From a virus (lineage: Duplodnaviria > Heunggongvirae > Uroviricota > Caudoviricetes): DNA of 45,775 nucleotides. Location of the stretch: IMG/VR virus record IMGVR_UViG_2718218398_000003. One strand, given 5' to 3'. The notes under the pieces were generated by a model. The model had not been told where the DNA came from. It did not search any database and saw only the letters and a program-made list of their open reading frames with translations. The position numbers and the translations under genes were made by a program. Shown here in pieces: positions 1 to 8,143 of the stretch (the stretch's first letter is position 1; each line of letters starts with the position of its first letter).

Positions 1-249
1 ATGGCGGCAGCACAACCGCTGGTATTTGATGCAGAACTGGACACCGTGCGTGGGCGTCTTGGTAGCGTAAAAGGCGTTAATTACGATACGGCGATGTGGA
101 GTTCGGCAATTAACAGCCGCAACAACGTGACCACTGATGCAGGCGCTGGCTTTGAGCAAACATTGACGGGGCTAACGCTTGGTATCGACAGCCGTTTCTC
201 CCGTGAAGAAAGCAGCACAACTCAGGCGGGTGTGGTCTGGACGTTCTGA
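1..249 (+). CDS. C-terminal fragment of an autotransporter-type outer membrane protein (5' end outside window); host flank
   Basis: ORF runs in from the window edge and ends ...SSTTQAGVVWTF*, the aromatic-terminal beta-barrel signature of type V autotransporters. It lies outside the prophage boundary marked by the tRNA-Pro fragment. From memory the E. coli proL neighbourhood has an autotransporter gene (yejO); not verified. Confidence 0.5.
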   Translation: MAAAQPLVFDAELDTVRGRLGSVKGVNYDTAMWSSAINSRNNVTTDAGAGFEQTLTGLTLGIDSRFSREESSTTQAGVVWTF

Positions 250-350
250 TAACAGAAAATAAACAGGCCGTGATGTGTCGCGGTCTGTTTATCGAATTAA
301 ATGCAGATATAAAAAAACCAACCGCAATAGGTTGGTTTTCTTGGGATTTT

Positions 351-396
351 TGGTCGGCACGAGAGGATTTGAACCTCCGACCCCCGACACCCCATG
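351..396 (-). other. tRNA-Pro 3' fragment (anticodon loop to CCA, 46 nt); probable prophage attachment core (attL)
   Basis: Reverse complement reads CATGGGGTGTCGGGGGTCGGAGGTTCAAATCCTCTCGTGCCGACCA, with T-loop GGTTCAAATCC, 3' acceptor strand and CCA, matching my recollection of E. coli tRNA-Pro(GGG). The upstream 30 nt (397-427) do not supply a complementary 5' acceptor strand (CGGCACG) or a D-arm, so this is not a complete tRNA gene. Confidence 0.7.
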
Positions 397-611
397 TCAC
401 CGCGCCTGAAACGCTGGAGACCGCGCCATTGCTGGGCTGGCAGGGTGTTTCACTGTGTGCGCAAACAGTGCATAATTCGCAAAATTCACGCTATATACAT
501 CAATGAGTTAAGAGAGATTTTTCCCCACTCCTAAATGGTCAGTTTTTGGAGCATTACTATATTAATAGGTTCCGTCTATAGCACTTTTTGATTTGCTTCT
601 AATATGCTTTT

Positions 612-638
612 CTGTGGATAAGATTTAGTTATCCACAG
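612..638. promoter_or_regulatory. perfect inverted pair of consensus DnaA-box 9-mers (TGTGGATAA / TTATCCACA)
   Basis: CTGTGGATAA-gatttag-TTATCCACAG: 10-bp perfect inverted repeat whose arms are the consensus DnaA box, in an AT-rich region about 200 bp upstream of the 835 ORF. Confidence 0.5.
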
Positions 639-834
639 ACTTATCTCCTAAGTTTCCGAGCAGCTACATGTTTTTTGTTGATTGTTTTATGTTTGGCGTA
701 AAGTCAACAATTACTTCGCTTTTTGACCATTTTAGCCCATTGGAAATTACGATCATCTTCATGTAACCTTCTAAAACTTACTAAGATTGCAGAAGTTAAA
801 GCAACATAGCTCGTAGTTTCTTAAAGGTGATTTA

Positions 835-1602
835 ATGCCACAGCCGGCGCTAAAAGCGAACGAAATCAGCAGTGAATTAATCGATATTCTTGCGGCTCGG
901 AATACGATATCCGAAATGCAATATTTTCGTTATATCAGAGATATAGAAAAGTTGCGCGACAGCGCATCTGAGGACTATCTCAAAGCGTTGGCTAATGGTG
1001 CTTTTGGGCGTAAAGATACTGCAGTTGCATTCTTTGAAGAAGCATTGAAGCATAACAACCTGATCATTGCTCAAAATTATGTAGTTTATCTCAACGATTA
1101 CGGCAGCTTCCGTGAAGTTGAACAAGTGGTAAATCGATTAGTTGAACGTTATAACTCCCCTACGATGCTGTCCCATGCATGGGAAGCTAACTTGTTCTTG
1201 GGGCGTATTGACAAAGCGCTCTACTATGCTGAGAGATTGATAAGTATGGTAGATGAAAAGGAGGCTGAATTGGTTAAGCACCTCGCAGCCACAGCACTGG
1301 CCCAATCCACGACCTTCAAAAGTGCAACTGGAATTACTGATGAAGAACTACAGGATATTGCAAACCGCATAGTGGATATCATGGCTGACCATAAAGTTAG
1401 TCCTGTTGCTATGTCTTTCTGCTCTATCCCTGAAGAGCGTACGTCATCATATGTCATGGCAGTTAATACTGAAGATTCTGATGTTCTCTCTGATATGAAC
1501 TTGGATATAGCATTTTCTCTTGCAGAAAATGAAAGTTTGATTGGAAAACCCTTCAGCGTATGGTTTGAAGGGCGTTTGGAGGAACCTGCGCGTGCCAGTT
1601 AA
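835..1602 (+). CDS. hypothetical protein (255 aa), first gene of att-proximal cargo operon
   Basis: ATG preceded by AGGTGA at 5-nt spacing; 255 codons; predicted mostly helical; no recognised motif; AT-rich relative to phage core. Confidence 0.55.
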   Translation: MPQPALKANEISSELIDILAARNTISEMQYFRYIRDIEKLRDSASEDYLKALANGAFGRKDTAVAFFEEALKHNNLIIAQNYVVYLNDYGSFREVEQVVNRLVERYNSPTMLSHAWEANLFLGRIDKALYYAERLISMVDEKEAELVKHLAATALAQSTTFKSATGITDEELQDIANRIVDIMADHKVSPVAMSFCSIPEERTSSYVMAVNTEDSDVLSDMNLDIAFSLAENESLIGKPFSVWFEGRLEEPARAS

Positions 1603-1975
1603 TAGTTCCGATTTTATCGCTTTCGCAAAAGATTGTGAAAAGCGTAACGACGAAATTGGTTACAGAAACGCTGTCGCACGTGCGTATTATGGTGCTTATC
1701 ACCACGTACTTCCGTGTTTGACCATGGGGCCGAAAGAAAGTCACCAAGGCCTCATTGACTATCTTGTTAACGATGCTTGGAAGGGTAACGAACCTTTTGA
1801 AAAAAGAGACTTAATTGGTTTGGGGTATGCTCTTCAATCGCTTAAGGATCAGAGAATAGTTTGTGATTACAGACTTAACGACACTATTACGCCAACCCAA
1901 TCAAGCACCGCGATTAAGACTGCAGAGAAATTAATCCAGCGTTGCGCTAATATGACCAAGTCTAAAGCGTCCTAA
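1592..1975 (+). CDS. HEPN-like small protein (about 127 aa), second gene of cargo operon
   Basis: Track ORF 1541..1975 begins at a TTG; an in-frame GTG at 1592 with GGAGG 9 nt upstream overlaps the stop of the upstream gene (1600-1602) and is the more likely start. Sequence ...YRNAVARAYYGAYHHVLPCLTMGPKESHQGLIDYL... resembles classical HEPN-domain signatures (recalled, not searched). Confidence 0.5.
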   Translation: MPVNSSDFIAFAKDCEKRNDEIGYRNAVARAYYGAYHHVLPCLTMGPKESHQGLIDYLVNDAWKGNEPFEKRDLIGLGYALQSLKDQRIVCDYRLNDTITPTQSSTAIKTAEKLIQRCANMTKSKAS

Positions 1976-1980
1976 TCCCC

Positions 1981-2008
1981 AAAATTGGCCTCATTTGAGG
2001 CCAATTTT
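1981..2008. terminator. bidirectional intrinsic terminator
   Basis: AAAA-TTGGCCTCA-tt-TGAGGCCAA-TTTT: perfect 9-bp stem flanked by A and T runs, directly after the stop of the 1975 ORF. Confidence 0.8.
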
Positions 2009-2044
2009 ATTATGCATTGTATTTAATTTCACCGTGCGGAAGCA

Positions 2045-2400
2045 TTACCCAATCATATGGTTCCGCGTATAAATTTTCGTTGATTTCGCGTCGCTGTGGG
2101 CTATGAGCCCTTGTGGTCTACTCCCTGTTTATCAAACAAAATGCAGCTAGTGCGCGTATTTTGTGGAATGTGGGGGCGCAGCTCCATCGTCAAATTATTA
2201 CACAAGCCTAACGAATCACGGGGCAATGAAAAGTATGGCTAAGATAGGCAGGTGCGGATACCTCTTTACTGCGTTTGTTATTACGCTCGGTATACGGTGA
2301 ACGATATACGGGCAGGCAACGTTATCGCGACTGTTATCAATAATACGTTTCAGTTTGTCCTCGAACTACATCACAACCGGCTTGAAAACTAATTACTGGA
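2045..2400 (-). pseudogene. 3' remnant of a tyrosine integrase gene (paralogous to the intact int at 3553-4737)
   Basis: Minus-strand translation ending at stop 2045-2047 gives ...QGLIAHSDAKSTKIYTRNHMIG*, clearly homologous to the intact integrase C-terminus ...QGRMAHSDAKSTKIYTKNHIDW...; nucleotide similarity to 3560-3950 continues to about 2400. No intact ORF of 60 aa or more is listed here, so it is degraded. Confidence 0.65.
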
Positions 2401-2458
2401 TTTTGTGCCTCCATAATCATATGATTTAAAATGTTATTTTATAAAAAAGGAGTTGTAT

Positions 2459-3415
2459 ATGACCAATTTGTATAAGTTTATGGGAGCGGATATAATTGAT
2501 AAATTGATGATGGATGAAACACATATAGGAATAAAATTCTCTCATTTACATGAATATAATGATCCCTATGAGTTTTTCCTTACTATTGATTTTAATCGCG
2601 GTTCTGATGAGTTAGCATTTTACAATGAAATGATTGGCATGGTTACAAAACAACCAGCAACTTGTTTTACGAAAAGCCCTGTGATACCACCTATGTGGGC
2701 ACATTATGCAGGTAATTCTTCTGGTTTTGTAATAGAGATTAATGAGGAGAAGTTTAAAAAGTATTTGGATGAAATCGGCTTCCAGGATCATAGTTCAATA
2801 GCAGATGTTGAATATAAAGATTCTCCAGATACAGGTATTGAAGACATTCTGGCGAGAGCATTTCATATCTGTAAACCTCGTTATATCTACTGGCTACAAT
2901 CCTGTATAATGACAGCCGCATATTTGACAAAACAAACTTGCTGGAGTTATGAGCAGGAACGTCGCGTAATAATTAATGAGAAAGCACTTACTAAACTGAA
3001 TGACAATCTTATGCTCCTTCCGGTACCGATTAATTGTATAACTGGAGTTATAGTTGGGCACAAATCAAATGATTTATTAAAGCAGAAAATTCAATCTTTA
3101 GCTAAAAAGGCTAAATGTAGATATTTCGAAATGGTAATAGGAAAAACAACAACTACACCATTTCTTTTATCTCAAAATCTCAAATCACACCAATTTATTA
3201 ATGGCAATATAATACCTGCATCAAGGCAATGTAAAAAATGTTATGAGCCTTTAAACATGGAAAATAAAGTTTGTGGCTGGTGTGGAATTACTAATCATGA
3301 TGTGAAAATGGCAGAGTACCGTAATTCATTTCGAATGATAGCCAACTATGGTGGGCTGGATAAATATATATCATCCATGAATAAGATTACTGAAGAGTAT
3401 AATAAGGGTAAATAA
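2459..3415 (+). CDS. DUF2971-like protein with C-terminal CxxC...CxxC zinc ribbon (318 aa)
   Basis: ATG at 2459 with AAGGAG 6 nt upstream (track start 2453 is a TTG). N-terminal ...LYKFMGADIIDKLMMDETHIGIKFSHLHEYNDPYEFF... and later ...PMWAHYAGNSSGFVIEI... and ...CWSYEQERRVI... fit my recollection of the DUF2971 family; C-terminus has CKKCYEPLNMENKVCGWCG. Very AT-rich. Confidence 0.6.
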   Translation: MTNLYKFMGADIIDKLMMDETHIGIKFSHLHEYNDPYEFFLTIDFNRGSDELAFYNEMIGMVTKQPATCFTKSPVIPPMWAHYAGNSSGFVIEINEEKFKKYLDEIGFQDHSSIADVEYKDSPDTGIEDILARAFHICKPRYIYWLQSCIMTAAYLTKQTCWSYEQERRVIINEKALTKLNDNLMLLPVPINCITGVIVGHKSNDLLKQKIQSLAKKAKCRYFEMVIGKTTTTPFLLSQNLKSHQFINGNIIPASRQCKKCYEPLNMENKVCGWCGITNHDVKMAEYRNSFRMIANYGGLDKYISSMNKITEEYNKGK

Positions 3416-3552
3416 ATTTTATTAATAAATATTGCTTTCTGGACAAGGGAGAAGTTATGGTAAATGGGCATAGAACTGCCTTTTAAATTAAGCTTTACTC
3501 TATGCCTTAGCAACCGTTATTGTCAGTCAAAATAAAGTGGAGAATTTAATAA

Positions 3553-4737
3553 CTAACCGGTTTTAATTTCTCCATGAGGGACAACAATCCAATCTATATG
3601 ATTTTTAGTATAAATTTTAGTAGATTTCGCATCGCTATGTGCCATTCGTCCCTGCGGATCAATCCCTTGTTTATCAAATAGGTGAGCTGCCAAAGCTCTT
3701 ATTTCATGGAATGTAGGTCTTTGTTCCATTGCTAGATGATTGCATAGTCCGAGTTTGTCTCGCACGGAAGAGAATGACCGACTCAAATAATCTGGTGCAA
3801 CTTGAGTTGGGTGCGAAACCTCTTTACTGCGTTTAACATGCCGTTCTGGGATTCTATGAACGACAAAGGGACTGGCCACATTGTCACGGCTATTGTCAAT
3901 TATCCGTTTCAATTCTTCACCAATTGGTATTGCAACATGTGATGCCTCCTTTTTTTGTACTTTTTGCCTATGGATGTATAGTGTACCATATATGCCATTT
4001 TGTGGTTGTTCGAACCAAACACATCCACATAAACCGTCTTTAGGTTCGCGAATTGAGTAACGGATTCGCGATACTTCGAGTCGTGCATGTGTAGTCTGCA
4101 ATGCTAGGTCCATTGCTGTTCTTAACCATGGTGCAGCGGCCTGCCTGATAGCTATAAAATGCTCGAGTGACAGGCGCCGTCTTTTCTTCTCATCAGTCCT
4201 ACGCATTTTTTTTCTGATGGCCGGGTTATCCTGCATTAGTGATTCATCGACCGCATAAGAGAACAACTTTTTAAGAAAGCTGACCTTTCTGTTCTGCACA
4301 TTTGCGGATGCGCTGGCATGATATTTGTTGATGTAGGCATTAACGTGTTCAAGTTCGATATCGCATGCCGGAACATTTACGAAAAACGCTTTTACGCGTA
4401 GAGCGTCATTTTTCCAGTCATCTAAGGTACTCTGGGAAGGTCGTTCGTCTTCGATAATTCTGGCCATTATGTGATCGACATGTTCAGCAAATGGTTTTGC
4501 TTCTCCGGTGACCCCGCCAGATTCTCTAATAAGATTATCCACTGATGGGTATAATTCTGATCGCATCCTCAGGTTGTACTCTCTGGCGATTGCAACGGCT
4601 ATTGCCCGATCCTTACCTATATTTTTCTTTTTTCCGGTAATAAGTGTGAATTTATAAACACCTCGATCTTTATCAAAAACCAGATAATCAGGAAGATGTC
4701 TGTATTCTTTTTTACGTGGCCTTGCCGCCATGGTCAT
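3553..4737 (-). CDS. int: tyrosine site-specific integrase
   Basis: 394 aa; C-terminal catalytic region with ...HEIRALAAHLF...RMAHSDAKSTKIY... (conserved H, R and Tyr nucleophile of lambda-family integrases); adjacent to excisionase. Confidence 0.93.
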   Translation of the reverse strand: MTMAARPRKKEYRHLPDYLVFDKDRGVYKFTLITGKKKNIGKDRAIAVAIAREYNLRMRSELYPSVDNLIRESGGVTGEAKPFAEHVDHIMARIIEDERPSQSTLDDWKNDALRVKAFFVNVPACDIELEHVNAYINKYHASASANVQNRKVSFLKKLFSYAVDESLMQDNPAIRKKMRRTDEKKRRRLSLEHFIAIRQAAAPWLRTAMDLALQTTHARLEVSRIRYSIREPKDGLCGCVWFEQPQNGIYGTLYIHRQKVQKKEASHVAIPIGEELKRIIDNSRDNVASPFVVHRIPERHVKRSKEVSHPTQVAPDYLSRSFSSVRDKLGLCNHLAMEQRPTFHEIRALAAHLFDKQGIDPQGRMAHSDAKSTKIYTKNHIDWIVVPHGEIKTG

Positions 4738-4943
4738 CCCTCATTTATTAACTTGCGAACAGCTTGACTAACCATTGAGTCGACTCCCCATTTTTCTGTT
4801 TCGCAGACAAAAACAGAACCGTCCACGATACGCCCCATGAGCAGACCGTTCTCGACCCAGCGTTTTATCGTTCGGTTGTCAGGAATTGAGCCATTAGAGA
4901 ATTCACGGCGTCCCCATTGGCTCGCTTTCATTAGTTTTGCCAT
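4734..4943 (-). CDS. xis: excisionase (Xis/AlpA-like)
   Basis: Small basic protein ...RTIKRWVENGLLMGRIVDGSVFV... directly upstream of and overlapping int. Start placed at internal ATG (MAKLMKASQW) with GGAG 8 nt upstream; track ORF extends to 4988. Confidence 0.7.
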   Translation of the reverse strand: MAKLMKASQWGRREFSNGSIPDNRTIKRWVENGLLMGRIVDGSVFVCETEKWGVDSMVSQAVRKLINEG

Positions 4944-5004
4944 GGCTGTTTCTCCACTTAACCCGCTGCACACGGGCAGTAATATCAAATTTCAGTCCTG
5001 ATAA

Positions 5005-5220
5005 TTAATTTTGTTCTCTGGTTGCTACCTGTTTAATTGGCCTGATGCTGTCCAGGAGCAGTCGGCGGCGCGTATTTTCTGCAAAGTGGCGGCGTCCGGT
5101 TTCTTTGTGGTAAAACTCGTTTTCTCCGACGACCCACATCCGCTTTGTCTGGTGCAGTTTTTTTACCTGCGGACCGTTTCGGGTAATAACAATTCCTGTA
5201 TGAGTTTTTATCACGCTCAT
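5005..5220 (-). CDS. small hypothetical phage protein (71 aa)
   Basis: ORF in the early-left operon, same strand as neighbours, abutting the downstream gene; no recognised motif. Confidence 0.45.
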   Translation of the reverse strand: MSVIKTHTGIVITRNGPQVKKLHQTKRMWVVGENEFYHKETGRRHFAENTRRRLLLDSIRPIKQVATREQN

Positions 5221-5579
5221 TTCTTATTCTCCGGTGCTTTCGGCATTACTGCCCAGTGAGTGATATTGACGTTTTCAAGGTCCCCGACCTGAAATGTCCA
5301 CTGCCATTCTCCGGTTTCTTTTTGTCCCCAGGTGTACCAGAGAGAACGCCAGCCAATTAGCCAGCCTTCTCCGTTAGCATCAAATAACAGAACACTTTCA
5401 TTTGCAGGTGGCAGTTCAGCTGACACTGGTATTATTTTGTTTTCCAGTGCCGCACATTTAGCTTCAAGCGCGTCGAATTTACGTACTAGGTACTCAGCAT
5501 TTGTTTCGTTCACTTTCAGATCTCGCGGTACACATTTCCCGCGAAGAAACCCTTCCATTTCGAAAACATTCATGCGCAT
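5217..5579 (-). CDS. DUF551-like phage protein
   Basis: 120 aa; C-terminal ...WQWTFQVGDLENVNITHWAVMPKAPE resembles the DUF551 signature common in lambdoid early-left regions (recalled). Confidence 0.65.
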   Translation of the reverse strand: MRMNVFEMEGFLRGKCVPRDLKVNETNAEYLVRKFDALEAKCAALENKIIPVSAELPPANESVLLFDANGEGWLIGWRSLWYTWGQKETGEWQWTFQVGDLENVNITHWAVMPKAPENKK

Positions 5580-6106
5580 TTGCGTAACTCCGATAACTCG
5601 TTAAAGCGTTCCATAAACATCCCGTAGGCATGGCCCGGTGCCAGTGGAATCACGTTGAACATCTCTGTTGCCGGGATACCTTCCAGTACAGGCCAGAAAG
5701 AGCCATCATCAAGCCCGAGATCGCGGCGTTCGGTTGCCAGCATGATGAGATCGGCATATTTCACGGGCGTACTCATAACTGGGGGTAACCCGTATTTCTC
5801 ACGGATTACGGCGTCTATTTTTTCTTCCATTTGTTTATAGTCAGGAAGAAGGCGTTTCAGTGGTGCGGGAATGTCCTGGCAATACGCTTCTGTTGCATCA
5901 TGCATTAACGCTTCAAAAGCAAATTCCTGCGGCACCAACTGGCTGCAAAGAACCGCATGTTGGGCGACGCTGTAGAAGTGCGAAAGATGACCGGCAAAGC
6001 GACAGATATTTGAAAGGGAAACCGCGATATCGTTAATATCGATGTCGTCTTTATTTATCCTGTCATAATAAAAATGCTTCCCGGAAAAAGTTTTAATAAA
6101 TGACAT
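5570..6106 (-). CDS. HD-domain phosphohydrolase (YfdR-like 5'-nucleotidase family)
   Basis: Contains H...HD metal-binding motif (...VAQHAVLCSQ...ALMHDATEAY...). Start placed at internal ATG (MSFIKTF) with GGAG 7 nt upstream; track ORF begins 27 nt earlier. Confidence 0.75.
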   Translation of the reverse strand: MSFIKTFSGKHFYYDRINKDDIDINDIAVSLSNICRFAGHLSHFYSVAQHAVLCSQLVPQEFAFEALMHDATEAYCQDIPAPLKRLLPDYKQMEEKIDAVIREKYGLPPVMSTPVKYADLIMLATERRDLGLDDGSFWPVLEGIPATEMFNVIPLAPGHAYGMFMERFNELSELRKCA

Positions 6107-6233
6107 TTTGTTCTCCACGTATATGCGCTGCACCGCGCTGAATTTTGGTTAAAGAAAACCCTCGCCATCAGGCGATTATTGAGTTAATTACGTTTCCATA
6201 AATGCCCCCGCAGGGGCATTTGCAGTAATGAAA

Positions 6234-7058
6234 TCAGGCGGTGAAAGTACCAATAAAGGTTTCTACTTTGCTGTCTTTGAATTTTTCAACAAGCAGATCA
6301 CGAAATTCGTTAGCCATTTCTTCCTGTACTGCTTCCAGCTGAATAATGCGCAGAACCAGTACAGGGCGATCACCAGTGATAATGCTGAGGCGTAATTTAA
6401 ACGGACGTTCTTTCAGGCCTTCAAACGGAACGCATTTAAACTCAAATGCTACTGGCATAATGTCTTTGGTTTTCGCTTCGACAGACTCCATCAGAGAGCG
6501 TTTGCCGCTGAAGTCATTGTCTTCAAAATCAGCGGTCTGGTTTGCTTCAATCGTGATTTTACGGACCGCCGCAGCCGCTTTTGTTGCCTGAATGGCGTCA
6601 CCATTAGCATCAAAGCCCACAAGGTAGTCGGCCCAGTCTTCAATCCATTCTGCCAGTGACTTCTGGGAGTTACGCTCGCCGTTAACAGACAACAGGGCAG
6701 AGAACGGTGCTGTCTTTTTCAGTTTGAGAGTGGCGGTGTTATCTGCGTGACCTGGTTCATCAATAGTACCCAGGTTAAGCACACTGACGGCTCGCATATT
6801 ATCAGCATCGATAAAGCAGCGGGTGCCTTCATCTGCAAGATCTTTAGAATAACGGGTAAAGTCATCGATGCTGGCAGTGGAAAGCGCACCACGGAAACGG
6901 AAGCGATTTAAATTAAATTTTTCCAGATCATGAATGCGGAAATTCTCAGGCAATGCCACAGCATCGGCACCAATCTTACTGATAATTTCATTAACACCCT
7001 GAGCAGAAATAAGGGCATGGATTTGATTAATTGCGGTTGCGTCTAAGTTCTGAGACAT
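6234..7058 (-). CDS. DUF2303/YfdQ-like phage protein
   Basis: 274 aa; resembles my recollection of the CPS-53 yfdQ product in sequence and length; function unknown. Confidence 0.7.
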   Translation of the reverse strand: MSQNLDATAINQIHALISAQGVNEIISKIGADAVALPENFRIHDLEKFNLNRFRFRGALSTASIDDFTRYSKDLADEGTRCFIDADNMRAVSVLNLGTIDEPGHADNTATLKLKKTAPFSALLSVNGERNSQKSLAEWIEDWADYLVGFDANGDAIQATKAAAAVRKITIEANQTADFEDNDFSGKRSLMESVEAKTKDIMPVAFEFKCVPFEGLKERPFKLRLSIITGDRPVLVLRIIQLEAVQEEMANEFRDLLVEKFKDSKVETFIGTFTA

Positions 7059-7123
7059 AATAAGGCCTCACTATATAAAGATATTCAGTGATGAGATAAA
7101 TAATCAGTTAATTAAGAACGATA

Positions 7124-7486
7124 TTAATGACCTGCTGCGCGGAGTTTTCCGTCAGGTTCACCGGCAAGAGTCAGTAATTGTCCCTGGTCTTCCTGCAGAA
7201 TAGTCAGGCGACCACCGCGATTGACATACATCGGCGTTTCGGTGGTGTCTTCTTCGGAAATTTTCCCGCGGTTAGTCGGGCGAACATATGAGAGTTTGTG
7301 TTTGATTTTCACACGGTTCTCATCAAATGGTTCGATTTCCAGGTTGAGTGAGACCTTACCTTTGGTTTTCGTGTTCATCACACCGGAAGCGACTTCACTG
7401 AGAACTGCGCCGATTTTGGTTTCAAATACGCCGCCGTCCAGCTCCCCGATAAATGCCTGCACATCAGTACTGCGTTCGCTAGCCAT
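7124..7486 (-). CDS. YfdP-like hypothetical protein, first gene of early-left operon
   Basis: Start placed at internal ATG (MASERSTDVQAF...) with AGGAG 8 nt upstream. The 5' part of the track ORF (7487-7717) has odd composition (Cys/Arg/His-rich) and overlaps the leader inverted repeat, so it is unlikely to be coding. Confidence 0.6.
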   Translation of the reverse strand: MASERSTDVQAFIGELDGGVFETKIGAVLSEVASGVMNTKTKGKVSLNLEIEPFDENRVKIKHKLSYVRPTNRGKISEEDTTETPMYVNRGGRLTILQEDQGQLLTLAGEPDGKLRAAGH

Positions 7487-7535
7487 TTTGCTGCTCCTCA
7501 TCATATCGACCCTGTAAGGTCGGTTAGTTTCTCCA

Positions 7536-7622
7536 CAAAACAGAGAAGAACACCTGCGGTGGCAGCCGCCCGGATGGATTGGGTTATGAGCCCGTCGTCC
7601 GGTGATGCTCTTCTCTGTTTTG
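7536..7622. promoter_or_regulatory. 14-bp perfect inverted repeat (CAAAACAGAGAAGA ... TCTTCTCTGTTTTG) enclosing a GC-rich 59-nt segment, in the early-left leader
   Basis: Arms at 7536-7549 and 7609-7622 are exact reverse complements; the interior contains further short stems (e.g. GGGTT-atg-AGCCC). Lies about 50 nt upstream of the first early-left gene. Confidence 0.5.
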
Positions 7623-8094
7623 TAAAAAGAGCGGTACCAGCCGGAAGCAAGGGTACAAACTGGTACCGCCAAAGCAGTGGCTGTTGTGGTGGGGTTGTCA
7701 CTCAGGCGTATGGTCAACCTGACAATCCGGTGTCCTCAACGGGGAAAGAGTAACCCCGCCATACTTACCGCCGCGCCATTTCGCGGATTACCACAACGCT
7801 GAGAGCACTTAGCCAGTTACAGCACCACACTTTGTCGCGGCTCCATAAATGCCCTCATCGTTGCACCCTGGTCTCTTCCCAGGCGTCAAACCGAATCGCC
7901 ACGCTGGTTAGGCGTCTTATCAGCATCATCATTGACTTGCACATTCCGGCTACCTGGTTTGTTTGCCCGAGCAAGGAGTGGATTGTCCCCTTTAACGTCC
8001 CCAGACCGCTAACGACGCATGTGCCATACGCCGTGTTACAACCAAATTTTGTTAGTACCTTGTTTGTTTGTCTGGAAAGAAAGATAAAATGAAG

Positions 8095-8133
8095 TTGCGC
8101 ATTATGCAAGTGTTTTTGTTGCGAGATATGCAA
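8095..8133. promoter_or_regulatory. OL-like operator repeats (TTGCG-N5-TGCAA)
   Basis: Two 15-bp near-palindromic sites, TTGCGCATTATGCAA and TTGCGAGATATGCAA, just beyond the cI terminator; same motif as the site in the cI-cro intergenic region. Confidence 0.5.
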
Positions 8134-8143
8134 TTTAAAGGGT

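Noticed and set aside
397-427. A complete tRNA-Pro gene at 351-427
   Set aside because: The 31 nt upstream of the 46-nt match cannot pair with the 3' acceptor strand and contain no D-arm, so only the 3' fragment is tRNA-derived.
110-506. ORFs 110-400 (minus) and 270-506 (plus) overlapping the tRNA fragment
   Set aside because: They overlap the autotransporter 3' end and the tRNA-derived att core; Cys/Arg/Trp-rich translations look non-coding.
1541-1591. Track start (TTG at 1541) for the HEPN-like gene, giving a 62-nt overlap with the upstream gene
   Set aside because: The in-frame GTG at 1592 has a GGAGG RBS and only an 8-nt overlap with the upstream stop, a more typical coupled arrangement.
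7855-8133. 92-aa minus-strand ORF in the early-left leader as a possible N antiterminator
   Set aside because: No Arg-rich N-terminal motif; the start would lie inside the operator repeats; composition is not N-like. Left unannotated, though a small protein cannot be excluded.
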